DNA of 64,000 nucleotides from Callorhinchus milii (taxonomy: Eukaryota), in assembly GCF_018977255.1 (NCBI RefSeq), contig NW_024704742.1:57414001-57478000 (forward strand), given 5' to 3'. How positions within the stretch are numbered: position 1 is the first letter of the stretch; every line of letters begins with the position of its first letter. This document shows positions 24,786 through 38,160 of this stretch, piece after piece. The position numbers were made by a program, and so were the translations under genes. The notes below the pieces were generated by a model that was not told where the DNA came from, made no database searches, and worked only from the letters and a program-made list of their open reading frames with translations.

Positions 24786-25198
24786 ATAATAATAATCCTC
24801 ACATTTGATTATATAGTGCCCTTAACATTGAAATGGTGTTTCATAGGTAACTGCTGGAAAGTGTGGTGACTGTGTATTTGCAGGTGAACCTGGCAGTCAA
24901 ATTGCCTACAGCAATGTCCCATCACATAAACAGCCATGAAGTGAATGACCAATTTTATCTCGGGGATTGCTGGCCAGAGAACATGAGACATGGGATATTT
25001 AACATCGATGTGAAGAAGCAGAAAGGACCTTGGTTTAACATCTCATTCGAAGGATGGCACTTCCAACAATGAAGCGTTTCTCCAGTGCTGTATTAGAGTA
25101 CCAGCCTAGACTGTATGAGTTTTAAGTCCCAAAGTGCGGCTTAAACCCACAAAATTCTGACTCAGAGGTGAAAGTGCTACCAACGAGCCAGGCTAACA
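24786..25198 (-). mobile_element. Deu-domain SINE, near full length
   Basis: Same head, Deu core and tail as 17287-17700. Confidence 0.8.
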
Positions 25199-25532
25199 TA
25201 CAAATACAAAGATTATTATTGTATTTCTTCCAGAAGTCAAGTCAAGTTGAAACCTTGAAATCTGAAGTGAAACCACAAGGAAAATTAGGTGTGGAACTTC
25301 CTTTCCTAAAGAGTAAAGAGAAAACACTTCATCAATAGCTCTGCCAAAGTAGGTTTGGCTTGAAGCTCTGGGCTCTTTGCCCATGCAGAGCAAGCATACA
25401 GTATGCTATTTCACTGAGCTTCTGCTTCCCTGCTTTGGAAATCACTTTATTTTGCATCATGACACAGAAGCCAAATCTGAGATCTGTATGGATTCCATCC
25501 CACAATCAATGTGAATTTAAGTGTCTTGCTAT

Positions 25533-25662
25533 ACAATAACAATCCTTGCATTTGATATAGTACCTTATCATGTTGTTGAGACGTCTCAAAGAGCTTCACA
25601 GAATGTGCTGTAAAGTGAATTGACTGTATATTTTGTGGGCGAAACGCTGCAACCAATTGCAC
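25533..25662 (-). mobile_element. SINE 3' tail fragment
   Basis: AATCCTTGCATTTGATATAG...AAAGTGAATTGACTGTATATTTTGTGGGCG. Confidence 0.8.
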
Positions 25663-26789
25663 GTAAACTAAAACTTCATAAATCCTTTTCAAATATAACC
25701 ATTGTAGATAGCAATTATCTCTGAATTCTGCTGTTAATGTTCATTGGGATCAGACACTTAATGGAGGATGGAAGCATAATAGTTTTCTAAAATTACATCC
25801 AGTGTGTCTTTATTGCTTCTTTTTGCCTATTTGAGCTATAGCATACCACTGAGTCTGGTTACAAATTGTTTTCATGATAGTTAAAGTGCAGTCATTTCTC
25901 ATATTCAGCTGTCATCCATCAATGTTACAAAGTAAATTTTCTTACCATAAAATATTTTGCCTGCTTTCAAACTGAGAGATGAATGAGATAATGGCTTTAA
26001 TGGCAGGCAGTGGGATCTTTGTGGTTTTCCCTGTGTTGATTGACTGCTGAATCTCCCTTTAGGAGTTCATGAAATTATGACAAAAATATTTTGTTTTTTT
26101 AAAAAGTCTGCAATTACTGAACAAAAGATAATATTTGGAATTTCCTAAACACATTCCATTTTGTATTTAACCAATATCATTCAATGCGTTTTGAACTTCC
26201 CCAACCTTCCCACCACCCCCCACAATTTTTCAATAATGGTAGTTCCCAAAGCTGGCTAATCATTTTATATTTTCTTTAGTGAGAACACTAAACTTGACGG
26301 GATTGCAGGATATTAACTTAGTTAAGTGCTTATTGTGTAAAGTCGTGTTGAGATCTAGAGTTTGAGATCCCAAACATCAAGGCCAGTCACAAAAACATTA
26401 TGCGCAATCACTGTATCCTTGTCCTAAGTCTTTTTTACATGCACAGAATACCAAGCAACCTTTTATTCTCTTCATTTTGAATTACAATACTGTTGACCCA
26501 ATAAAGTCACAGTGAAGTGCAAAGCCAGCTTCTTCCTTCCAGGACTGGCCAACTTAAAGGAGATCAAATCAGTACTACCTCAATTGCATATTTCAAAGAG
26601 AATATGGCACCGGGCTGATGAGACTATGCCAATAAGTCCAAAAGGATCTTTACACACTTTGCTTTATACCTGGGGAAAATAGTTGATGGACAAATTCTAG
26701 TATCTCGCCCATGTGATTATTCTTTGTGTCAGTAATATAATGAGTGTTATTTGCCTATAGGAAGGACTTGAAGGCCATTTGTTTATCCA

Positions 26790-26970
26790 CAAAGTCACTT
26801 ACTGATGATCAGGAGTGGGACCTGACTTGATTCCCCCGACCCCAGCCTAGGGATACTAGACAATTGTCGAGGTCTAACTCCAACAGAGCTATCTCATCAT
26901 AATGAAGTAATGAAACACATCTGATCTGCTTGTTACAAATATTTACTGGATTTATCAGCTAAGTCATGAG
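26790..26970 (-). repeat. Old SINE-like family Y fragment
   Basis: GATCAGGAGTGGGA...CCCCAGCCTAGGGATAC...CAATTG is similar to 61960-62145 and to the reverse complement of 57120-57420. Confidence 0.45.
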
Positions 26971-28257
26971 AAGGCTGGGGTGGGTGGAAGAGCGATCAAT
27001 AGAAACAACTTGTGCTCAATGCAGGATGTTCAGAGTTCTAGCCTCATGTCAAGGCGTAAAGCAGTACTCAAGCAGCTTTAATCCTAGAAGTGTGAAAGGG
27101 TTTCTATTTTGGACCAAGCGGCTACTTTCAGTTTCTGTATCCACAAAGTGCTAATCTCAGTTTTGAGAAAATTCAGTGTAGCAACATAACTCCAGCAAAC
27201 AGTGCTCCACGTGTTGAATCCTGGTAGATACAGTGAAAAGGTATTTTAAATAAATGTCTATGAATTCCACATAACTTTTAGAACTGAGGGTTATTCATTA
27301 CATATAGAAAATGTTAGCTCTGCCAATCCTTACTAGGTATTTATAACCAACCTCTTCTTTCCATGGCACTGTTCCATGAATAAACAAGAAACTATCCTGG
27401 TCCCTATAAATAGTTTGATGTTGTTGAAAGGAAACATGTCAAGGGAATTTTAAAGCTGAGTGTTTCACAGCTATATCTTGATTTTGTACAAAATTAATGT
27501 TAATAATTTTACTTCCTAAAACTGATATTATAATGGCCATCTTTCTGAAACATTTGTATTTGAGATTCACATTCTTTAATGGATTTCTTTAAACACATTT
27601 TGACCTCAGCCCACTTACACTCTCTTTCCAGTTGTGGAGCCAGCTTTACAAACATACTTCTGGGAAACTGAAATACGCAGAAAGTTACTTAACTCAATCG
27701 AGGCCCTCAATCTCTCAAAAACACAGAATTTAAGATCATATTGGTCTTTCGTAATCAGAATCAGTCCAGATAGGACATTTATACTGATAGTAAGGAAGAG
27801 AAAGATCCCTATCTCTAAAAACTGTAGTGAGGGGCAAAAAAAGAAGGGAGTACAATAAATAGAATAGAAAGGGCAGATGAATCCATGAATAAAATATATT
27901 AGACTGTATGATATGATTAGTAGTATCTGGAGGGTGGAGGAGATTAAACCTATATACTTATCATGTCCAATGTTAAATAATATAATAGTTCTTACATTAA
28001 TATAGTACCTTTTACAAGAACATCTCAAAATGCTTCACAGGATTTACTGTAAAGTGGAGTGACTATGTACCTTGTGGGTGAACATAGCAGCCAATTTGCT
28101 CATAGGAATGTCCCACCAATAGCCATGAAGTAATTGGCCAAGTTCATTTAAACTAGATTAAGAAAGGCCAATTGTTTTTTGTTCACCACAGTGATTCACT
28201 GGTGCAGCAAAATACACTTGAACACAGTTACATGGATTAAATAACTACTTAAACAGG

Positions 28258-28400
28258 AACATAGGAACAGGAATAGGCCATTCAGCCCTTTGAGCCTGTT
28301 CCGCCATTTAATTAGATCACAACTGAACTGTACCTAAACTAATCGCTTCAATTTCAATTTCCTGCTTTCTCCCTATATCCCTTAATACCCTGACCTACCA
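28258..28400 (-). mobile_element. CR1 3' UTR fragment
   Basis: AACATAGGAACAGGAATAGGCCATTCAGCCCTTTGAGCCTGTTCCGCCATTTAATTAGATC. Confidence 0.75.
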
Positions 28401-29831
28401 TGTTTCTGATATCATTTGGTTGTTTAGATATATCATTGCCTGAGATTTCACTGCTTGAGATGCAAATAAAGAATTTTCTTTAGAATCTGCTTCATTCTGT
28501 CTGAATTAAAAGCGATCAACCCCACCCCCAGGTATCCCATGACAACCATTTCCATTCCGTTTATCCTCCGAAAGTACAACAATCCTTAACCCTTTCTCTC
28601 TCCGTTTTCTGATTTTGTAAAGTAACCTACATCTTCTTTCACAGGTCAAATAGAAGTTAGCACACTTTTGTGGTCTAGGACACAGATCAAATTCAGATCA
28701 CTACGAACTCCAAGGCTAGGTTGTCGCCAGATGAGCTGATGTAAGATAGTCAAGGCTTTCTTCCAAATTGCAAACAGTTGCGCACCTTGGAATGCACCCA
28801 AACAAAGTGCAAACTAGCCCTACTTCTAACTGCAAAATTATAAATATTGAAGTCTTCCCCTTGGTTACTGGACTTTTGGATTGGCTATATTTAACTTAAA
28901 CCACTTAACTTGTAGCTTGTAAATTCAATGCATGTCTCAAACAGTGGAATCTTAGTCCTGGCATATAGATAAATGCCCAAGATGTAATTAGAAACATTTA
29001 ACTAGTTTTTTTTGAAATATGTGGGACTGTTTTCAAATGTACTCTGCTGCACATTTAAATTATCATAGCATACACAAAATAATTGACCTTCCTCAACCTC
29101 AATTTTGGCCATATAAAGGTGATAGCACCATCTGCTGTATGTTAGTGCTCAATACACGTCATCAAAAGAGAATTGGCAGCTGCAAAACACAACATTGGAG
29201 CAAAGTATAACACAACCTGTAAGATCCTCATTGTGAATATCTGTAACATGTAACTTGAAACGTATCAGTAAGTTGTAGTACCTGCTAATTCAAGAAAGCA
29301 GAGATGAATCTTGCACCACACTGCCTTCAAAAACCTTCCTGAAAATAGTTGCTTTCAACACTGCTTTTCACATTTCCCTGCTTGGTTTGCATTTCTACAT
29401 TTCCAAAGAGCTTTCACATGCTTTTTTTTTACCTCAACGGCACTATGTATATGCAATTTTTAAAAATTAAATGTAATTCAATTAAAAATGTACTGTAATA
29501 AATAAATAACAACAATAACAACTTGCATTAATAGAGTGGCCTTCATGTAGGATAATTGTGCAGGAATTCAGTACTGTATATGGATAGGATAATACCTTAA
29601 ATAACATTTGATTTTCTGCAGAATATCTGAAACTGGCATTGCAAATTCACAACTATAATTCCATAATCACCGCTATGCCCTGATTCTTTGAAAGTAATAA
29701 CTAATTCCTATTTATATAATTTAGATTTTTCTTTGACAGAGTCACTTAATCTTAAACCAGAGCTAATTCTTATGGAAATTTGTCACAATTATAAAAAACG
29801 ACTTGTATCATATTGAAACCACTACAAGAGG

Positions 29832-30450
29832 GTGTCAGCCTAGCTCAGTTGTTGCATCCTCACCTGAGTCAGAAAGTAATGGGTTCAAGCCCCAGGTTGG
29901 ACGTTGAACTCACATTCTAGGTTGACACTCTGTGCAGTGTTAGGGAGAGCTGCATTGCTGGAGCTGCCATCCTTTGGATGAGATGTTAAACCGAGGGCAC
30001 ATCTGCCTGTTCAGGTAGCAAATAAAGTATCCTATAACAGTATTTGAAGGGAGGGGAGTTTCCCCTGGTATACTGGCCAACAATCAGATTAAATGAAACG
30101 CAAAACACTGCAGATGCTGAAAATCTGAAAACAAAAACAGATCACTGGGAACACTCAGCAGGTCAGGCAGCATCTACGGAGAAAAGAAAGTGGGTCAATG
30201 TTTCGGGTACATGACCCTTTGTCAAAAACAGATGAAGGGTTTTTGACAAAGCGTCGTGGACCCAAAACATTGACCTACTTTCATTTCTTCATAGATGCTG
30301 CCTGACCTGCTGAGTGTAATCAGATTAAATTGATGATTCATTGGCTGTTTGTGGGACATGGATGGATGCAAATTAACTGTCGTGTTTGCTTACACTGTCC
30401 TAAGACTTACTATGAAATGCTTTGAAATGTCTTGACAATGTGATAATTGC
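29832..30450 (+). mobile_element. Deu-domain SINE interrupted by a hairpin insert
   Basis: GTGTCAGCCTAGCTCAGTTG head and Deu core CCTTTGGATGAGATGTTAAACCGAGGGC. The 3' part resumes at 30331. Confidence 0.8.
30095..30317. mobile_element. Penelope-like (PLE terminal-repeat-derived) hairpin insert with 13-bp TSD
   Basis: Inverted arms at 30151-30229 and 30239-30317 containing GATGCTGCCTGACCTGCTGAG. Flanked by AATCAGATTAAAT at 30082-30094 and 30318-30330. Confidence 0.75.
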
Positions 30451-31224
30451 TTCATGTGCTCAACAGAGGGTGCTGATGAACACTATATTTGATCTAAAAA
30501 CAAATTAACTTTTAAAAAAACAACAGCTTTGCACCAAGCAGTTTAAGTAGAGCTCATTTAGGTAGAAGAGATTTTGATGACATTACAATATTTTATTTTA
30601 TTTGAATTTACGATATTTTATTTTGAACTAAATTACTCCCCTTCATTTTTTTCCCCACCTCATCGAGACTTAGTCAGTGATTCCTACTGGGAACTGTTTG
30701 TGTGGACTTTGAGTGAGGATTGCAGTGGATTGTATTTGGCTGTGATGATTAAGCCCCTCTCCACAACTCCTCTCAACTACTAACACTCACTCTGAGTTTA
30801 CACAGGGCACTGGAGCGCTTGCCATGGAAATCGTATAGCAGCACTGTGACTGTGCTTCAGAAGAGAGGACTTTAGAAAGGATTTTTTAAAAAAATAATTC
30901 ATATTTCTTGTTTACAACAACATTTGTAAGAATATAATACATCTCATAAATCAGATGTAAAGAGTCCGAGGACACGTTGGTTCAGTTGCCTCAAAGCCTG
31001 TGTAGGTTGTAATTTTTCTGCCTTTCTCTGAAAGAATGATGGAATCATTACCCATGAATGATCTTGTCATATTTTGCAAAGTGTTTATTATAGCATGACA
31101 TCCTGCTTTGATTATTTCTCTGCAATCCAATGTATCATCATGCAATCCTTTTTTATTTTTGTAATTCTAGACTTGGTTCTGGATTATTTTTGCTTTGGTG
31201 TCAAAATAATGCTCTTTTTGTTTT

Positions 31225-31435
31225 ATAATAATAATCCTTCCATTTGATATAACACCTTATCATGTCTTCGAGACGTCTCAAAGCGCTTCACAGAATATAC
31301 TGTAAAGTGAATTGACTGTATATTTTGAGATGTGTGGAATAAGGAAACTTGCCCAATGTTTCGCCCTGCTGGGAATCGAACCCAGGTTCTCTCGCTTGCG
31401 AGGCGAGTGCTCTCACCACTAAACTACAGGACTCC
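31225..31435 (-). mobile_element. S1 SINE with internal deletion
   Basis: Head and tail present, middle missing. Confidence 0.85.
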
Positions 31436-31799
31436 ACAAGGTATAATATATAACGTTTTATGTATAACTTGACAACTGTGTTTTAACTTCTGCTTAATTG
31501 ACTTTTTTTTACCTTTTATCAGCAAAGCAGTTTCAGAAAGACACAGTTCCTAGGTTAAATAGCTAATTTACATCTCTTAGAGTGATAAACAGGAGATGTT
31601 TCAACAACATTTTTCATTCAATGACTTAATTTACAATGGTAAGTTAAGCAATACATCAGAAGCTTGCACATCACCATTTCAGTGATACTGAGGAGTTAAA
31701 TGAAAAGGTCAGTGATTATTGTTTCTAACAACCACTCCAAAACAGAGCCATATGCCATCTTCCTGTTTATCTTGCCCCTCGCCTCCTTAACAGAGTCAC

Positions 31800-32150
31800 C
31801 TTTGAGCTGAACTGGATCCTAGATGAGCTGTAAACCCTATTGGGGAGGAAGGTTCTAGCTGGACAAGCAGTGGGAAGCTTGCCAGTCAGTACAGTGGTTT
31901 TAGCTGGTTAAATTCCAGCAGTACTCACTCACTCTGGGTCTCAGGGCCTTGGGTCTTGCCAGCCTGTGCCTAATACACTCCAGAATTAAGTAAGCAAGGT
32001 GCACCGCATCGGGGAAGAAAGTGTGCATTCCATTCCAAACACAAGAATTTCTATTGTATATGTGACATGCACAGAACTGTCAGCCTGGTTTGGATACACT
32101 TGAGCATGGTGGTGGATTTCTGCATGTGACAGACACTTAGCTGACAAAAA
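31800..32150 (+). repeat. Family X copy
   Basis: GCTGGACAAGCAGTGGGAAGCTTGCCAG...TTTAGCTGGTTAAATTCCAGCAG...TTAGCTGACAAAAA. Confidence 0.75.
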
Positions 32151-33259
32151 CAGTACTACATGGAATCATCTTTGTTGTTCCCTCCAGGACCTTCAAAATG
32201 ACAATAAAATTATTTGTATGTTCAGAATTGCTCACAGATGACATTCAAACAAGCAACTCTTACAGCAATAGTTCAACCACATTTGGTTGTACACAATCTT
32301 TTGGTTAGTGCAACCTAATACCCTATATTTGCCTTTTTGTGATTAACAAGCATATGGCTGAAGTTTCATCTATTTATCTGTGGTTGTTATTACATTCATG
32401 ACTCTGTATGATTGCTCTATTGAACACATACTTTCTTGTTTGTTTCCTTGTTACCTTATATTCCGTCATACTTATCCACATTGAACTGCATCTGCCACCT
32501 ATTAGCCCAATTACAGAATCCACATGCTTCTGAATCTTGTTACATTATTTCTCATTGTTGATTTTGGTTAAAATATTCTCATCAAAGTCATTAATATATA
32601 TTAAACATAGCAACGCTAACCCCTGCCGCTTGGAATCTCTTTGCAGACAGAAATGTTCCCATTGGTGACTTCCTTCTTTTTCTGGTGTCCAGCCAACTTT
32701 CTATTCAGTGCTGTACTTTATCTCCTATTCTGTCCCTCCTTACTCTAGTCATTAATCACCAACATGGAATATCGTCAACAATGTTCTGAAAATGGAGTCT
32801 ATAAAATTAACTGCATTTCGCTTGTTCATCATGTTAGTAACATCTGTGAACAATTCCATCAGGTTTCTTCAACATAACCTCTTTTTCCTGAATGAACATT
32901 GACAGTCCTTTAATAAGTAACCTTTTACCAATTATTCACCCGCTAGAGAGGCTGAAAAATTCCTTTGTTTGCTAATGGTAGTAAAATTAACTGGGATTGT
33001 GTGCGAATAAATCACTCTAATGAGTAGCTAAATTAACTCTACTCCCAAGGCACTTATTCCTTAAAAAAGTGTAAAGATTATTTGTGGAAAAAAAACCCTA
33101 TGCAGCTTTTTACGATCTATGAAGCAAAAATGTTTGTGAACTATTTGGAGCTGAGAATCTAAAACAATAATGATTTACTTATATATCACCTTTCACATCA
33201 GGCGAACTCCATAAACCATTTTACAAAGATGGAAAGGAAGTCCGAGGTTCCAAGTTCGG

Positions 33260-33490
33260 CCGATGAGCCAAGATAGCTGGTTTGTCATCAGTAGTACCTT
33301 GGGATACTGCAAACAGGCTCAGGAAAACAGACTATTGGGACCACACACAGAGGATTGATTAGATTCGGATATTCCATTTCCACGCATATCACTAAGAGCT
33401 AACTCAGCCCCCAAAAGACCTTGCTTACTTGCACCCCCACTCTCCCAAGGAGAACACGTCTGTGGATACACATTGCCCAGAACTAGTTGT
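33260..33490 (-). repeat. Family X internal fragment
   Basis: GCTGGTTTGTCATCAG...CAGAGGATTGATTAG...CCCAAGGAGAACAC matches 2180-2345 and 34350-34500. Confidence 0.55.
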
Positions 33491-34064
33491 AACCTCTTAC
33501 TGCTCCATCTAAGGTTTGATTTGCTAACTTAATACTAAATTAAGGTTTGAACTGTACCTTTTCTGGTCTGTAAGGCTTAGACCCGCTCTGGGACACCGCC
33601 CGGCGTGGAGGGCGCTATAGAAATGCAAGTTGTTGTTGTAGATATAAGATTTACCAACTGAACATTTAAGTGAAGCAAAATGGAACCTTGAATATGTTCC
33701 CTTCTTGTTTAGTGTGACACTGAATAAATATATTTTCATGACCTTTAGATCAAGGAGTACTACAGGTGCATCCTGTGTAGTTTGAGCATGACTTCTGAAG
33801 ATTTGAACTTAACTGATTTGGCAGATTAGTCAAACAATCTGTTCTCTTTGTTTATTGCTGCTTCACATGGTTTGAACACCATTAGTCCAGAATAAACTGG
33901 CACTCATAGATCTCCTTCAACTTGACATTTGGCAAATTTTATTCTATACTTGGGAGTACGCGTGCCTCCTCTTTTATTTTTATTTTCGATAGCATCTGTC
34001 CACCATTTATTTTTGAGTGTTTTATACACAGAAAGCACACTGAGTTCCACATATTCAGGCATTT

Positions 34065-35100
34065 TTCTGGAATGGAGAGTTCACTATCTCCTTGGAGAAT
34101 CAACCTGCTTATGTAATGCTGGAGAGTATTAGGCGCAGGTTGGCAAGGTTTGGGAATGCCAGTATGTGTATTGAGTTGTTGCTGGAGTATAACCAGCTAA
34201 ACCCACACACTTTCCACTGTAAACATTGTCTGGCAAGCTTCCTGCTGCTTGTACAGCTAGCTGGCAGTTAGAGTTTTGGCTCCGATAGTTGCCACTTGGG
34301 ACGAATCCTCAATAACTTGTTGGCTCCTGCAAATCCTGTCAATGAGGCTGGCTGGTTGTCATCAGCAAATATGTCTGACATATGAATCAGACGAGTGCGA
34401 GTACTACAGAGGATTGAATCAGTTTTGATATTCTATCACCAGGTTAGTATGTCACCTTGGAGTCCATCTACGTATACCCTGCTTATCTCCCCATAGGAGG
34501 ATAATCACTGGTTAGTCATTAGACTTCCAACAAGTGCAGGTTTGAGTCATCACTGGATAGATAGCAGGTAATAATAATAATACTTTCATTTTATCTAGCA
34601 CCTTATCACATTGTCATGATGTCTCATAGAGCTTCACAAGATTTTAATGTGAAGTGTAGCGACTGTACCTTTGTAGACAAACTCAGCAGCCAATTCTGCA
34701 TGCAACAACGATCCACAAACAGCCATGAAGTGAATGACTAAGTTTATTTGGGGGTATTGTTGGCCAAGACTGGGAGAACCTCCCTTTTCTTTTCGGTTAG
34801 TACCATGAGATCTTCATCATACAGTTGAACAGGTAGAAAGACCTTGGTTTAACATCTTATCTGAAGGTTGGCACCTCTGACAATGCAGCACAACTCCAGC
34901 ACTGCACTGGAGTACCAGCCTAAACAGTGAGTTCAAAGTCCCAAAGTGGGGCTTGAACCAACAACCTTCTGACACTACCAACTGAGCTAGCCTGACAACT
35001 TACCAGGAACTCCTTATGATCCTCTTGGTGAGCAAGTGTAACTGAATCTGTAATGTGTGAGAGCATTCCCACCATCCACCTGCTCACAGCACATACACAC
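34065..35100 (-). repeat. Family X copy interrupted by a Deu SINE
   Basis: Colinear with 1900-2450. The junction GCAGGTA|SINE|TACCAGGAACTCC restores GCAAGTACCAGGAACTC. Confidence 0.7.
34570..34997 (-). mobile_element. Deu-domain SINE
   Basis: Head TGTCAGGCTAGCTCAGTTGGTAG, Deu core and (TTA)n tail on the minus strand. Confidence 0.8.
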
Positions 35101-35574
35101 ATCCCTGTTCAGTGAGCAATGGTTTAACCAGCTTAACCAATAGCTGCTTATCACTCTGCAATTCCAAGCAAGGTGGATACTAAGCACCAGAAATATGAAT
35201 GTATGTTCACAAACCAAGATTCCAGATAAAGGCTTCCAGCAGCTATCATCCCAAACTTCAGAGTTCATTCATCAGCTTTTCGATGGGCATCTGCCTTCAG
35301 TGTGGAAGAAGGATCACCAGAAGTTTGGTGTTATCTCTGAGTTTTACTGCTGCCCAGTTCCAGTCACTGCTCCAGAATCAGGCTCGTAAATCAATTTGAC
35401 TGAGCTGCCTGAGGCAGTAAGTGCAAAACAAACAGCTCATGTCAGCAAATATCTATCAAATCAGAAATGGAAAATCAGATCATGCAACCATCCTTAACAG
35501 AATCTCAAACTGATACTTGACAGTGGAATAACTTATTCTAAAATAATATATTATGTTCTGTTTACAATACACAT

Positions 35575-35998
35575 TAACAACATACATTGATATAGCACCC
35601 TTCAGACGGGATAGTGGCTTGGAGGGCTGCACAATGACGGTATTGGACACAAAGCAAGGGAGAAGAGGGAGGAGGTGACACTAAGAGCAGTTGAAGAGGT
35701 AAGACTTAAGGTGGGATTTAAAGATAAAGAGGGGCTGAGGTAGAGGGATTGGGGCAGGGATTTCCAGAGGTTAGCGGAGTAGTGGCTGAAAGCACAGTCA
35801 CAGATATTGGCAAGGGGGTTTCAGGGGATATGCAGCAGGCCTCTGTCCACTGAGAGAAAGGGTTAGAATTAGAGGGAATGGGCTTGGGCAGTGGAGTTGG
35901 ATACAAGCAGGTCAGGGAAGTAGGGAGGTGTTCAGGGTGAGGGAATTTGTAAGTGAGGGTGAGGATCTTGAAAATAATCCTTTCAGAGTTGGGCAATC
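35575..35998 (-). mobile_element. L2 LINE 3' fragment
   Basis: ERIIFKILTLTYK... followed by an L2-type 3' UTR. Confidence 0.75.
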
Positions 35999-37957
35999 AA
36001 AAGCAAAAGGTATTTCTCCTATTTATAGATATGCAACGTCTTAGGGCCCATTGCGCAAGATATTCTTCATCACATTCATGGGAACAAAACAGATCCAGAA
36101 GACCAAAACATTGATCATCAATGGAATGATTTAACACCTCTGAGGGCTTTCCCTAAACAACTTAATGTTTTAACCCGAGCTTTTTTTGGTAACTTTTCCT
36201 TTTTCAAAGAAGAAAGTAAACAAAGTGAACAGATACACTGATAAGCAAGTCAATTAAATACAGCTTTTGTGAACAAGGTAGAAACATGCATCTTTGTTTC
36301 TTACACAGTCTGTGCTTTCTAAAGCAGGATATCCTGTATTGAGATTTTGGCTTACCAACTGGGTGGAATGACAAAACAAAGCGTTCTCATAGAAAGAAAC
36401 ACTATCACTGGAAATTTACTGCAGCTAATCACTGTTCGTAATATCATATGCAGCATTTGACCCTCGCCCCTATATTCTTTTTCTTTGTGCAATATTTAAA
36501 ATTTCCGACTACTCCCCTTTTGATTTGTCCATTGTTAACTTTCTCATTCACACTTGCTTCCCCTTTTCAAGTTTTTGTTAATTTCCATTTGACATTATTT
36601 TTTTGGCTTTTTTGAATTTTACATTTGACCTCACTTATCTTTGAGAGCTGTGGCTGAGAACTATTCAGGAAAAATATGAGTTCAAGTCTTAGAGAGGTTC
36701 AGTCCATAGCCTCATTCCCTTTTGTGTGGAATCATGTTTTATCTCTCATTAACCCTTGGACCTGCATGTCCATTGGAAGTTTTGACATTCTTGCCGTGTC
36801 CGTATAAAGGAATCCTGTTAGAAATTACTGCATACCGTAATGCAAATTGTGATTTGCTAAATGTCTATAATTCTGGATCTTCCCGGAAAGCAAATATAAC
36901 ACTTCTCCATCAGCCACTGCCTCCTCCATCCTCCCCCCATACACCTACTCTCCCTCCATTTTCAAGTTCAGTCCCAAATGTAAGAAGACTATGAATTTCC
37001 ATAGTAAATAGAGTATTGCGGACCTACCTGGCTCAGGAACTGGACCACCAAGACCGCCGCAGAGGGCAAGCTCGATTCTGACATTCCTTTGCTAAACATG
37101 TCACTTTTGAGTTAGTTAATCCCCCATGTGCTAGTCGTGAATTGAGTTGGCCACATTTTTCTTTTTTTTAAGGGATTTATTACCCCCGTCTTTTCACTTA
37201 CGAGGCGAGTGTTGTAACCACTAAGCTACCTGATCTGCCTAGAAGGATAACAGACAAAATGAAAAATAAATAAACCCAAGTAAAACTTTTAAATGTTGAT
37301 TCCAGCCAGGTAAATTGCTGTGTCGCAGGAGATAAGAGCTGGTCTAGGATGCAGAATCCTAAAACAGCTCCATCTGGTGTTTAAAATGACATGTTATATG
37401 CAAATGTAATTGTCATCTGCCATGTTGGAAGCTGGATGGCAGTGAATAAGTTAGGATTCAGTGCCTGAAACAGCAATTATTCTCACCTTGTAATATGAAG
37501 ACTCCAAACCAGGGTTTATATCGGTTTATTAAAAAGAGTGGAAACAACAAACAACTGTACTATTAATAATATTATATAATACAGTGACATGTAACTCAGA
37601 GTCCGGTACTGATCAGTTACCTCCATTGGAAGAGAGTGGTGAGTGGCTAATGGATGACCCATGCAATAACGATTGACAGATAATCTATGTTGATGGTAAT
37701 CTCTTGCCTCTTCGGATCTTGTTGTTCTCCTTAATCTCTCTCTGTGCCTACTTCATTTACTCACATACACTAGTTCCCATTTTGCTCTGACTGTCTGGAG
37801 ATAGTCTGCATCAGTTCTCTTTTTCGGGCTTAACACAGGACCCTGCAGTTAGTCCTCCCATTGGTCAATTTCCCTTTATCAAATGCTTTCAATACTTCTT
37901 GTGCAAAACAATCCCATGTGACCCTGTTTTACAATGACTGCTTGCTTTGAATGCGCA

Positions 37958-38160
37958 ATCATAGAATCATAGAATATTACAGCACAGAAGGAGGTCATTT
38001 GGCCCATCGTGGAAGAGCTACCCAATCAGTCCCACTCCCTCTCCCACTCCTTTCCCCATAGCCTTGCACATTTTCCCTTTCAGATACCTGTCCAATTCCC
38101 TTTTGAAAATTGTTATTGAATCTGTTTCCACCACCCTTTCAGGCAGTGCATTCTAGATCA
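37958..38160 (-). mobile_element. CR1 LINE 3' end
   Basis: ATCATAGAATCATAGAATATTACAGCACAGAAGGAGG tail. Same family as 4575-4875. Confidence 0.8.

Noticed and set aside
27615..28028. 137-aa hydrophobic ORF
   Set aside because: AT-rich, non-ATG start inside a SINE tail, no recognisable motif or splice support.
37489..37933. Possible solo LTR (TGTAA...TTACA, with AATAAA on the minus strand)
   Set aside because: No matching target-site duplication and no second copy in the window. It cannot be supported without a database search.
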